Below are positions 9,434-17,494 of a stretch of DNA of 24,000 nucleotides, piece after piece. The first letter of the stretch is position 1. Every line of letters starts with the position of its first letter. The notes below the pieces were generated by a model. It worked only from the letters and a program-made list of their open reading frames with translations. It had not been told where the DNA came from and did no database searches. The DNA is from Pelomonas sp. V22 (GTDB lineage Bacteria; Pseudomonadota; Gammaproteobacteria; Burkholderiales; Burkholderiaceae_C). The translations under genes were made by a program, and so were the position numbers. The DNA is taken from contig NZ_JAGIXS010000002.1 of NCBI RefSeq assembly GCF_030014915.1, positions 438,296 through 462,295 on the forward strand. Reading direction: 5' to 3'.

Positions 9434-9860
9434 CGCTCAAACGCTGGCCGCCGGATTGCTGATGGCCGGCGCTGGCGTGGCCGGTGTACTCGGCGCACTG
9501 CACCTGGTGTTCACCTACAACGGCGAGCGCTTCGAGCCACGCGACGCAGTGCTCGCCGAAGCAATGCGCCAGGTCTCGCCACGCATCAGCCGCCAGACCA
9601 CGATGTGGCGGGCCGCGCGCGGCTTCCATGCCAGCCACAGCCTTGGCGTACTGCTGTTCACCACGGTCTGGATCTACCTGGCCGGCTGGCAGCTCAGCTT
9701 CCTGCGCGGCGCGCCTTTCCTGTTGATACTCGGCCAGATCGTGCTGCTGACCTATCTGCTGCTGGCACGGCTCTACTGGTTCAGCATTCCCTTGCGCGGC
9801 ATCACGCTGGCCAGCCTGCTCTACGCGGCCGGCTGGCTCGCCTTGACGCAGGCCGGGTGA
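9426..9860 (+). CDS. hypothetical 144-aa integral membrane protein (about 4 predicted TM helices), translationally coupled to cydB
   Basis: ATG at 9426 overlaps the cydB stop by 8 nt (ATGCCTGA), and GGAG lies 7 nt upstream. Four hydrophobic stretches: LAAGLLMAGAGVAGVLGALHLVF, LGVLLFTTVWIYLAGW, FLLILGQIVLLTYLLLARLYWF and ITLASLLYAAGWLAL. I could not recognise a family. Confidence 0.6.
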   Translation: MPDAQTLAAGLLMAGAGVAGVLGALHLVFTYNGERFEPRDAVLAEAMRQVSPRISRQTTMWRAARGFHASHSLGVLLFTTVWIYLAGWQLSFLRGAPFLLILGQIVLLTYLLLARLYWFSIPLRGITLASLLYAAGWLALTQAG

Positions 9861-9897
9861 ACGAGGAGCAGCAGGCCCCGCCCTTCCTGCACAATCA

Positions 9898-9916
9898 GCG
9901 GGCAGCCCCTGCCCGC
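9898..9916 (+). other. GC-rich stem-loop (8-bp stem, 3-nt loop) between the cyd operon and the next gene
   Basis: GCGGGCAG-ccc-CTGCCCGC are perfect complementary arms, ending 2 nt before the ATG at 9919. No U-tract follows. It could be a weak terminator/RNA stabiliser or could occlude translation initiation. Confidence 0.4.
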
Positions 9917-9918
9917 CC

Positions 9919-10695
9919 ATGACCACACCTGCGTTCCCTGCCCGCCGCCTGGCCACGCTGGGCTTGCTGGGCCTGGCATTGCCGCCACTGCAGGCGGCGC
10001 CTGGACGAAGCCTGCGCATGGTGCGCTCCGAATGGCCACCCTATCTCTACACCACAGGCGGCCGCCAGGGTGGGCTGGACGTGGAGCTGATCGAGGCCGT
10101 GCTGCAGCGCGCCGGCTGCAAGCTTGTGATGGTGGACGAAACGCCACGCCGCCGCCGCATCCAGATGATCGCGGCCGGCGAGCTGGACCTGGTGCCGGCG
10201 GCCACCCCTGCCGAGCACCGCCAGGCCGAAGTCTGGTTCACGGCACCCTACCGGCAGGAGTGGTTCGGCCTGCTGAGCCTCGCGTCTCGCCAGCAGGAGT
10301 TCGCCCGGCTGAACTCCTTCAGCGAGCTGATCACCCGCCGCCTGACCGTGCTGGCGCCCAAGTTCCGAATGGGCGGCGAGTTCGACAGCCTGGTGGAGCG
10401 CTTGAGCGCCGCACGCCTGATCGAGCACTACGACAGCGCTCGCAAGGGCCTAGCCATGCTGCAACGCGACCGGGGCGCGCTGATACTCGGCGACATACCG
10501 ACACAGCAGTTCCTGGGCCAGGCCGAGGGCACGCCGCTTACCCGCGTGCCGCTGCCGGAACAGCGTGAGCCGGTCAGCCTGATGCTGAGCCGCCAGACCG
10601 TCTCTGCCGAGTTGCTCGCGCAGATCAACGCGGCGATCGCGGCCCTCGAAGCGGACGGCACGCTGCCGGTCATCCGCAAGCGCTACGGCTTCTGA
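9919..10695 (+). CDS. periplasmic solute-binding protein, family 3 (PBPb-like), orphan
   Basis: Signal peptide MTTPAFPARRLATLGLLGLALPPLQAAPG. The pattern MVRSEWPPYLY...GLDVELIEAVLQRAGCKLVMVDETP..R...IAAGELDLVPAAT is typical of SBP_bac_3 proteins. No permease or ATPase gene is adjacent. Confidence 0.8.
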   Translation: MTTPAFPARRLATLGLLGLALPPLQAAPGRSLRMVRSEWPPYLYTTGGRQGGLDVELIEAVLQRAGCKLVMVDETPRRRRIQMIAAGELDLVPAATPAEHRQAEVWFTAPYRQEWFGLLSLASRQQEFARLNSFSELITRRLTVLAPKFRMGGEFDSLVERLSAARLIEHYDSARKGLAMLQRDRGALILGDIPTQQFLGQAEGTPLTRVPLPEQREPVSLMLSRQTVSAELLAQINAAIAALEADGTLPVIRKRYGF

Positions 10696-11453
10696 GCGAG
10701 GCGCGACGCCAGAGCGGCGATGCGGCCCGGCTGCGGGTCCAGCAGCCGCTGGTCGTGTCGGTAGTCCTCGGTGACCTCGATGCGCCAGCCTTGACGATCA
10801 AAGCGCCGGGCCAGCGCTGCCACGAGGTGGTCGAAGCTCAGCGCCGATTCGGCATTGCTGTCCAAGTGCACCACCCGGCCGGCAACCGCTTCGTCCTGCA
10901 ACAGGCCCAGCAAGGCCATGGCCGTTTCGGGCATGAAGGAACAAGCCGGTATCCAGCAGCGGCTGGCGGCGATGCGGCCCTGCTCGCGCTGCCAGTGGTC
11001 CAGCGTCGCGAGCATGTTGTTGCCCTGCGCGACCTCGTCGATCTGCCAACCGATGCGCGCAATGCGGGCCGTGGGGCAGGCCGCACGGATCGCATCCTCG
11101 GCGACGATCTTGAAGCGGCCGTAGTCGTCCTGCGCCGTGCGCTCGTCACCGGGGTGATGCGGGCCGTCCGGCTGATGGTGAAACACCATGGCCGTGCTGG
11201 TAAACAACAGGGGCAGATCTTGCCTCGCCGCGTACTCAGCCAGGCCCGACGCCCAGGCTGTCGGCCCCAGGGCCAGGTGGGCTATCGCATCCGGCCGGCT
11301 GGCCTGCAGGTGCGCCGCCACGGCGACCGCGTCGTCGGTCGGGATGCGCCGGCGGTCCCAGCCCAACACCTCCCAGCCGGCGCTGGCAGCCGTGCGGGCC
11401 AGATGCGGCGCCAGCGTGCCGCTGAGGCCGGTGATCAGCAAACGGCCCGGCAT
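10683..11453 (-). CDS. extended-SDR family NAD(P)-dependent reductase/epimerase (RmlD-like sugar-nucleotide-binding protein)
   Basis: N-terminal Rossmann LLITGLSGTLAPHL and a YxxxK catalytic motif (YGRFK). 256 aa. The start shares one base with the amylase stop (TGATG at 11451-11455). The 3' end overlaps the convergent SBP gene by 13 nt. Confidence 0.75.
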   Translation of the reverse strand: MPGRLLITGLSGTLAPHLARTAASAGWEVLGWDRRRIPTDDAVAVAAHLQASRPDAIAHLALGPTAWASGLAEYAARQDLPLLFTSTAMVFHHQPDGPHHPGDERTAQDDYGRFKIVAEDAIRAACPTARIARIGWQIDEVAQGNNMLATLDHWQREQGRIAASRCWIPACSFMPETAMALLGLLQDEAVAGRVVHLDSNAESALSFDHLVAALARRFDRQGWRIEVTEDYRHDQRLLDPQPGRIAALASRLAQKP

Positions 11454-12799
11454 CAGTGCCGGGTCCTTATGCTCCAGCCCCAGGGTGCCAGCTTGGCAGC
11501 CGCACCATCAAGAAGGTAGGACTGATCAGCCGCAGAAAGGTTGACCGCCACGGTCACCACATTGCCGCCCAGCTGGCGGCGGAAGGCAAAGACCTTGTCG
11601 TTGCCGGTCTCGAGCAGCTCGGCCGGCGCGCCGTACTGGCCATTGGCCAGGGCCGGGTTGTTCTTCTTCAGGGCCACAAGCTCGGCGTAGAAAGCCTGCA
11701 GCTCATAGCCCTTCCAGTCCACCAGGTCCTTCTCGAAGAAGGCCAGGCGCTTGTCGAGGCGCGACTCCTGGCCGCCGTAGATCAGCGGCATGCCGGGCAA
11801 GGTGAAGGTGAGCACGGCCAGCGCCTGGTAGGCCTCGCCATAGAGCTCGCGGTCCGTGCCGTGCCAGGAATTGAAGTCGTGGTTGCTGGTGAAGCGCATG
11901 CGGTAGGCATGACGCGGATAGACCTTCGGCGCCGTGCCTTCGTTCTGGGCCGTGAGCCAGGCGCGCATCTCGGCCGCCCCGGCCTGGCCCTTGCCCACGG
12001 CCTTGAAGACGTCAGCCAGGTCCCAGCTGTAGCTCATGTCGAAGGCGCTGCGATGCAGCTCGGGCTTGTCGGACTCGGCCAGCATGAACACCGGCTTGAT
12101 CGCATCGAGCTCGCGCCGCGCCCGCTCCCAGAAGTCGGAGGGCACGAGGCTGGCCACATCGCAGCGGAAGCCGTCCATGCCCACCTGCTGCAGCCAGAAG
12201 CTCATGGCTTCGATCATGGCCTTGCGCAGGGGCTCGCTGCGGTAGTCCAGGGCCACCACGTCGGTCCAGTACTCGGGCTCGGCACCTTCGGTGAACGTGA
12301 CCGGGAAGATCTCGCCCTTGTCGTTCAGCTTGTACCAATCCTTGTGCTGGCGGGTCCAGGGATGGTCCCAGGCCGTGTGGTTGGGCACCCAGTCAAGGAT
12401 CACCTTGAAGCCCAGCTCATGCGCGGCCTTCACCATCGCCTTGGCGTCGTCCAGCGTGCCGAACTCGGGATTCACCGCCGTGTAGTCGCTGATCGAGTAG
12501 TAGCTGCCGAGGCCGCCCTTGCGCTCCTGCTTGCCGATCGGCTGCAACGGCATGAACCAGAGGATGTCCACGCCCAGCTTGCGGATGCGTGGCAGATCGC
12601 GGGCAAAGGCCTTCAGCGTGCCCTCGGGCGTGTGCTGGCGGACGTTGACCTGGTAGATGCTGGACTGGCGCGACCAGGCCACATGGGGCATGTCGGACGC
12701 CGTGCCGGACACAGCGCTGCTGGATTGACTCATGGCGAACGGAGCGATGAAGGCGCAACAGGCCGCAAGGACCAGGGCGCGAAGCTGGGTGAAGGTCAT
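11453..12799 (-). CDS. exported GH13 alpha-amylase family glycoside hydrolase
   Basis: All four GH13 signature regions are visible: DWVPNH, GFRCDVA, FMLAES and FTSNHD. The N-terminal signal peptide MTFTQLRALVLAACCAFIAPFA has a possible LAAC lipobox or an AxA-type cleavage site. Confidence 0.9.
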   Translation of the reverse strand: MTFTQLRALVLAACCAFIAPFAMSQSSSAVSGTASDMPHVAWSRQSSIYQVNVRQHTPEGTLKAFARDLPRIRKLGVDILWFMPLQPIGKQERKGGLGSYYSISDYTAVNPEFGTLDDAKAMVKAAHELGFKVILDWVPNHTAWDHPWTRQHKDWYKLNDKGEIFPVTFTEGAEPEYWTDVVALDYRSEPLRKAMIEAMSFWLQQVGMDGFRCDVASLVPSDFWERARRELDAIKPVFMLAESDKPELHRSAFDMSYSWDLADVFKAVGKGQAGAAEMRAWLTAQNEGTAPKVYPRHAYRMRFTSNHDFNSWHGTDRELYGEAYQALAVLTFTLPGMPLIYGGQESRLDKRLAFFEKDLVDWKGYELQAFYAELVALKKNNPALANGQYGAPAELLETGNDKVFAFRRQLGGNVVTVAVNLSAADQSYLLDGAAAKLAPWGWSIRTRH

Positions 12800-12814
12800 G
12801 CGGCGCCCTGATCC

Positions 12815-14329
12815 CTAAATCTTGAGCGGCGGCGCCTTGCAATGCTGGGCGATGTAGGCCGAGTGCTCGGGCATCACGTCCACGCACTTGCCGATCACGT
12901 CACGCACGCCCTCGAGAAACTCCAGGATGCCGGCCTCGGTCTGCACATCCACCAGCGGGTGGTAGCCCTGCGTGGCCAGGTTCTGGCCTTCCATCACCTG
13001 CAGCCAGCCCACCTCGGTGAACAGCTCGTTGTTGAAGCGGAAGATCCGGCCGTGGCTGCGGTAGAGGTCCATCTTCTCCTTCAGCGTCTGCGGAATCTCC
13101 ATCGTCGCGCAGGCCTTCCAGAACTCCGAGTCGGTGCGCTGGTTCAGGTGGTAGTGCAGGATGATGAAGTCGCGGATGCGCTCGTAGTGGAAGCGGCTCT
13201 GGCGGTTGAATTCCTCGGTGTCGATGGCGCTGAAGCCCCGGTCCGGGAAGAAGTCGATCAGCTGCTGGATCGAGGCCTGGATCAGGTGGATGCTGGTCGA
13301 TTCCAGCGGTTCCAGGAAGCCGCTGGAGAGGCCGATGGCCACCACGTTCTTGTTCCAGCTCTTGCTGCGCATGCCGGTCTTGAACTTGATCATGCGCGGC
13401 TCGGCCAAGGCCTTGCCGTCGAGGTTGGCCAGCAGCGTCGCTGCGGCCTCGTCGTCGCTGATCGCGTTGCTGCAGTAGACATGGCCGTTGCCGATGCGGT
13501 GCTGCAGCGGGATGCGCCACTGCCAGCCGGCCTTGTGCGCGGTGGAGCGCGTGTAGGGCGTCAGCACCGGGGCAGACTCGCAGGGCACGGCGAGCGCGCG
13601 GTCGCAGGGAAGCCAGTGGGTCCAGTCCTCGTAGCCGGTCTGGAGCGTCTGTTCGATCAAGAGGCCGCGGAAGCCCGAACAGTCGATGAAGAGATCACCC
13701 TCGACACGCTCGCCACTTTCCAGCACCACGGCGTCGATGTGGCCATCGCCCTCGCGCTGCGTGGCATGCGAGATCTTGCCTTCGGTGCGCAGCACGCCGC
13801 GCTGCTCCGAGAGCTTGCGCAGGTAGCGCGCGTAGAGGCTGGCGTCGAAGTGGTAGGCGTAGGCAATCTCGCCCAGCGGCGAGTTCGGCAGATCGGTCTG
13901 GGCCGGCAGGAACTTGTTGGCCTTGGAGGCCATGCGGGTGATCGAGTACTCCTCCAGCGGCGCCGCCTTACCGGCGGCGCGCATCTTGCGCCAGTACTGC
14001 TCGAAGGGCACGGTCCAGAGGTCCTGGCCCACGCGGCCGAAGCCGTGCATGTAGCGATCGCCGAGTTGCCCCCAGTTGACGAACTCGATGCCCAGCTTGA
14101 ACGTGCCCTGCGTCTCGCGCATGAACTCGTTTTCGTCGAGGCCGATGGTCTTGTTGAAGCGCTGGATCATCGGGATCGTCGCTTCGCCGACACCGACGAT
14201 GCCGATTTCATCGGACTCGACGAGCCGAATCTTGAAGCGGCCACGCAACACCGTGGCCATGGCCACGGCCGTCATCCAGCCGGCCGTGCCGCCACCAACG
14301 ATGACGACGGTCTTGATGGGGGTTTGCAT
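12815..14329 (-). CDS. flavin-dependent halogenase family protein ('tryptophan halogenase' homologue, TBDT-associated type)
   Basis: GGGTAG FAD fold (14279-14296), WxWxIP motif as WQWRIP (13508-13525), FKLGIEFVNW (catalytic-Lys region) and GFLEPLESTS (catalytic-Glu region). No signal peptide. AGGA lies 6 nt before the ATG at 14329. The track ORF extends to a TTG at 14353. Confidence 0.9.
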   Translation of the reverse strand: MQTPIKTVVIVGGGTAGWMTAVAMATVLRGRFKIRLVESDEIGIVGVGEATIPMIQRFNKTIGLDENEFMRETQGTFKLGIEFVNWGQLGDRYMHGFGRVGQDLWTVPFEQYWRKMRAAGKAAPLEEYSITRMASKANKFLPAQTDLPNSPLGEIAYAYHFDASLYARYLRKLSEQRGVLRTEGKISHATQREGDGHIDAVVLESGERVEGDLFIDCSGFRGLLIEQTLQTGYEDWTHWLPCDRALAVPCESAPVLTPYTRSTAHKAGWQWRIPLQHRIGNGHVYCSNAISDDEAAATLLANLDGKALAEPRMIKFKTGMRSKSWNKNVVAIGLSSGFLEPLESTSIHLIQASIQQLIDFFPDRGFSAIDTEEFNRQSRFHYERIRDFIILHYHLNQRTDSEFWKACATMEIPQTLKEKMDLYRSHGRIFRFNNELFTEVGWLQVMEGQNLATQGYHPLVDVQTEAGILEFLEGVRDVIGKCVDVMPEHSAYIAQHCKAPPLKI

Positions 14330-14377
14330 GCTCATTCCTGCTTGCCTCGACAAGCCGGCGACGCGCCGGCCGTTGAT

Positions 14378-14411
14378 AAAAAAACCCCCGCAGGCCTGAG
14401 CCGGGCGGGGG
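14378..14411 (-). terminator. rho-independent terminator downstream of the TonB-dependent receptor
   Basis: On the minus strand, CCCCCGC...GCGGGGG (7-bp GC stem plus an inner GGC/GCC stem) is followed directly by TTTTTTT. It lies 19 nt after the TBDT stop codon and upstream of the halogenase-like gene. Confidence 0.75.
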
Positions 14412-14429
14412 TCAAGTCGAGGAGCTCTT

Positions 14430-17300
14430 TTACAGCTTGTAGTTGATGCCGAACAGATAGGTCTTGCCGTACTTGATCGTGTCGGTGATCGCGTTCGGGT
14501 CAGAGTTGTAGCGCTGGAACTTCGAGTTCGTCATGTTGTTGCCCTGAGCCAGCAGCGACAGGCCCTTCAACCAGCCGGACTGGAACTCGTAAGACAGCTG
14601 CAGGTCGACAATCGACTCGCCCTTGATGAAGGTGAGCTGGCGGTTGTCCTGGAAGTCGCTGACCTCACCCAGGAAGTCCGAGCGCTTGCGCTGGGCCACG
14701 GCGATCTGGAAGCCGGCCTTCTCGTAGTAGAAGCGCAGGTTGGTGACCTTCTTCGACAGGCCCGGCAGCGGGATCTTGATCGTGCCGACGTTCTCCACCG
14801 AGAAGCCCGCGGTGGGCAGCTCGACCGAGCTCGAGGTGTTCGAGTGGTTCAGCATGACGCCGAAGCCATCGAGCCACGAGGACACGAAGTTCAGGGGCAC
14901 GTTGATCGCCAGTTCGATGCCGCGGATGTTGCCACCCTCGCCATTGATCGGCTGGTTCAGCAGGCCGACGGTCGAACCCTTGTTGGGGCCGGTGGTCGGC
15001 AGCGGCGTGTTGGCGCTGGTGTAGGGCTTGAAGTCGAACAGCGTGGGCACGCGCAGGATGTAGCTGTCGAGCTTCTTGTAGAAGCCGGCGGCACTGAAGT
15101 AGCCCTTGCTGCCGAAGTACTTCTCGTAGGAAACGTCAACGGCCTTGGCGCGGAAAGGGTTCAGCTTCGGGTTGCCACCGTCGCCGGTCAGGATCTGCGA
15201 GCCGGTGTTGTTCACCGAGTAACCCAGGCTGGCACGCATGTCGTTCATGTTGGCCCGCGACAGCACCTTGGCTGCGGCGAAGCGCATCACCTGGTCGCCG
15301 CCCAGGTCGAAGTTCATGTTCAGGCTGGGCAGGAAGTCGGTGTAGGTCTTGCCTTGTGCCACCGTGGCACCCGGGCAGGTGGCCGCCGTGTTGCCCGTGC
15401 AGCTTGCACGATCGACGTTGAAGCCGGTCGACTCCTGGTTCGTGTGCACCAACTGGGCACCCACGTTGCCGCGGTAGTTCAGGCCGAACAGCTCACCATC
15501 GAGGTCGCCCTTGAAGTAGCCGGTCGTGACCTTTTCCTGGACGCTCCAGTCCTTGTTCAGGATGTCGGAGTCGACCTTCTTGGCCAGGTCATAAACAGTG
15601 CCCAGCGAACCGCGCGGATCCCAGGACACCACCTGCAGGCCCGTCGTGCCGGCGATGGCAATGTCCGAACCCGGCACCGTGGCGGCACCGTAAGGGTCAT
15701 TGCCCTTGATGACCAGGCGACCTTCCTGGGTCTGGCGGATCTTCTCGCGGCTCGTGTAGTTCACGCCGAACTCGCCGGCCACGATGGGGCCCCAACGCAG
15801 CTCGGTCTTGCCCGAGAGGCGCAGGCTGTCGATCTTGTCCTGCACATGAGGCAGGGCCACATAGCCGGCCTGCGGCGAGGATTCGCCACCGGACCAGCCG
15901 TCCACGTCCGTCAGCTTGGCAACGGCGCGGTCGGCGTAGCTCAGGCTGGTCGAGTACTTCACGTCGGTGAAGTTGGAGCCGTTGAAACCGGTCCAGCTGA
16001 TCGAGCCCAGGCCGGCGGCACTCTTGTTGCCATTGCCAGGCTGACCGGCGGTGGTTTCGTAGCGCGAGGAGTCACGCACCACACGCGACTGCGACAGATC
16101 GGCCAGCAAGGTCCAGTCCGCCACCTTCAGCTTGTTGTTCCAGCCCCAGGACTTCAGGCTGTCGTCGCCGCCCTCGACGTGGTTGCGCACCACGCCCTTG
16201 TAGTTGGACAGCGTGCCCGAGGCCACAACGCCATTGGCGATCGTGTAGTTGGTGATCTGGCCGCGCGGGTCGTAGGAGGCGTTGTCGTCGTCACCAATGG
16301 CGCCTTCCAGGCCGGTCTTCTTCAAGCCGAAACGGCCCTTGGAATAGAAGTAGTCGAAGGTCGACTCGAAGTCCTTGTTGGGCTTCCACTGCAGCGTGGC
16401 CATGCGGCCTTCGCGGGTGGCGGTGCTGGTCTCGGTGTCAGCGGTGAAGCCACCGATCACATTGACCTTGCCAACGCCAGAGGTGCAACCGGCCGGGGGC
16501 GTCGGGCCGTCGCAGGCCAGCAACGGCGAGCCGGCAGCGCCACTCGGCGCAAACGGCAGCGTCCAGCCGCCCCAGGAATTGAACTTCTGCTGGTCGGCGC
16601 CCTTCTCGTCGAACTTGACCAGACCCAGGGCCACACCGATGGTGCGGTCGGCGAACTGGTCGATGTAGCTGACCGACTTGCGCGTGCCCGTGCCCTCACC
16701 GGCACCCGAAGCCACGCCGGTGCGCTGCTTGCGGTAATTGACGGCAGCCTGGCGCTCCTTGAAGTTCAGCGGACGCACCGTCTGCAGGTCGATGGTCGAG
16801 GCGAGACCCTGCCCGACGAGGGCGCCGTCCGGGCTCTTGTAGATCAGGACCGAGGCCAGCAGTTCGGACGGATACAGGTCGAACTCGACGCCACGGCTGT
16901 CGCCGCTGGACGCTTGTTCGCGGCCGTTAAGCAGAGCGCCGTTGAAGTCGGGCGACATGCCGCGCACGCTGACGCTGGAGGCCTTGCCGGTGGACTTGTT
17001 GCGCTGCGAGGCCACACCCGGCAGGCGCGAAACCGACTCGGCCACCGAAGCGTCGGGCAGCTTGCCGATGTCTTCGGCCGAGATCGCTTCGATGATGGAG
17101 TCCGAGCCTTTCTTGGCCGAGATCGCGTCTTCGATGCCCTTGCGGATGCCGGTGACGGTCACCGTCTCCAGGGTCTGGGCTGGCGGCGTGGTGGCCGGGG
17201 CCGTCTGGGCGTAGACGCCACTGGCCACCATGAGCACCGCACAGCCGGCGACCACCGGGCTGAGACGGAACTGCTCATGCTTCTGTCGGGATGTCTTCAT
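14430..17300 (-). CDS. TonB-dependent outer-membrane receptor (oligosaccharide/maltodextrin-type by context)
   Basis: 956 aa. Signal peptide ...AVLMVASGVYAQ, a TonB-box-like ETVTVTG, plug-domain motifs (IEAISAEDIGKLPDASVAESVSRLPGV; VSVRGMSPDFNGALLNGRE) and a long beta-barrel region. AGGAGA Shine-Dalgarno 7 nt upstream. No N-terminal signalling extension. Confidence 0.95.
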   Translation of the reverse strand: MKTSRQKHEQFRLSPVVAGCAVLMVASGVYAQTAPATTPPAQTLETVTVTGIRKGIEDAISAKKGSDSIIEAISAEDIGKLPDASVAESVSRLPGVASQRNKSTGKASSVSVRGMSPDFNGALLNGREQASSGDSRGVEFDLYPSELLASVLIYKSPDGALVGQGLASTIDLQTVRPLNFKERQAAVNYRKQRTGVASGAGEGTGTRKSVSYIDQFADRTIGVALGLVKFDEKGADQQKFNSWGGWTLPFAPSGAAGSPLLACDGPTPPAGCTSGVGKVNVIGGFTADTETSTATREGRMATLQWKPNKDFESTFDYFYSKGRFGLKKTGLEGAIGDDDNASYDPRGQITNYTIANGVVASGTLSNYKGVVRNHVEGGDDSLKSWGWNNKLKVADWTLLADLSQSRVVRDSSRYETTAGQPGNGNKSAAGLGSISWTGFNGSNFTDVKYSTSLSYADRAVAKLTDVDGWSGGESSPQAGYVALPHVQDKIDSLRLSGKTELRWGPIVAGEFGVNYTSREKIRQTQEGRLVIKGNDPYGAATVPGSDIAIAGTTGLQVVSWDPRGSLGTVYDLAKKVDSDILNKDWSVQEKVTTGYFKGDLDGELFGLNYRGNVGAQLVHTNQESTGFNVDRASCTGNTAATCPGATVAQGKTYTDFLPSLNMNFDLGGDQVMRFAAAKVLSRANMNDMRASLGYSVNNTGSQILTGDGGNPKLNPFRAKAVDVSYEKYFGSKGYFSAAGFYKKLDSYILRVPTLFDFKPYTSANTPLPTTGPNKGSTVGLLNQPINGEGGNIRGIELAINVPLNFVSSWLDGFGVMLNHSNTSSSVELPTAGFSVENVGTIKIPLPGLSKKVTNLRFYYEKAGFQIAVAQRKRSDFLGEVSDFQDNRQLTFIKGESIVDLQLSYEFQSGWLKGLSLLAQGNNMTNSKFQRYNSDPNAITDTIKYGKTYLFGINYKL

Positions 17301-17494
17301 TTCTTGTCTCCTGAAGCTTTTCTAACAACACAAGCCCCGCAACGATCTGGGAGTAGTTCTTGTCGGGGAACCGAGAACCTGTAATTTGCAAGAATTCTGT
17401 ACTAAAACTAGATCGACTGCCAATACAAAGAAAACCCTAGCGAAGCTCAATTCATCGATGTTTTGCGGAAAAACGACTGATAAAACATGGGTTA

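Noticed and set aside
12815-14329. Halogenase gene as a marker of a halogenated natural-product biosynthetic gene cluster.
   Set aside because: No NRPS, PKS, flavin reductase, tryptophan-modifying, transporter or tailoring genes are present in the window. The context is carbohydrate uptake, so a BGC call is unsupported.
14430-14450. The TBDT C-terminus ends in ...GINYKL rather than the aromatic terminal residue (F/W) common in outer-membrane barrels.
   Set aside because: Terminal residue variation occurs among TBDTs. I cannot quantify its rarity without a family alignment, so this is not a robust anomaly.
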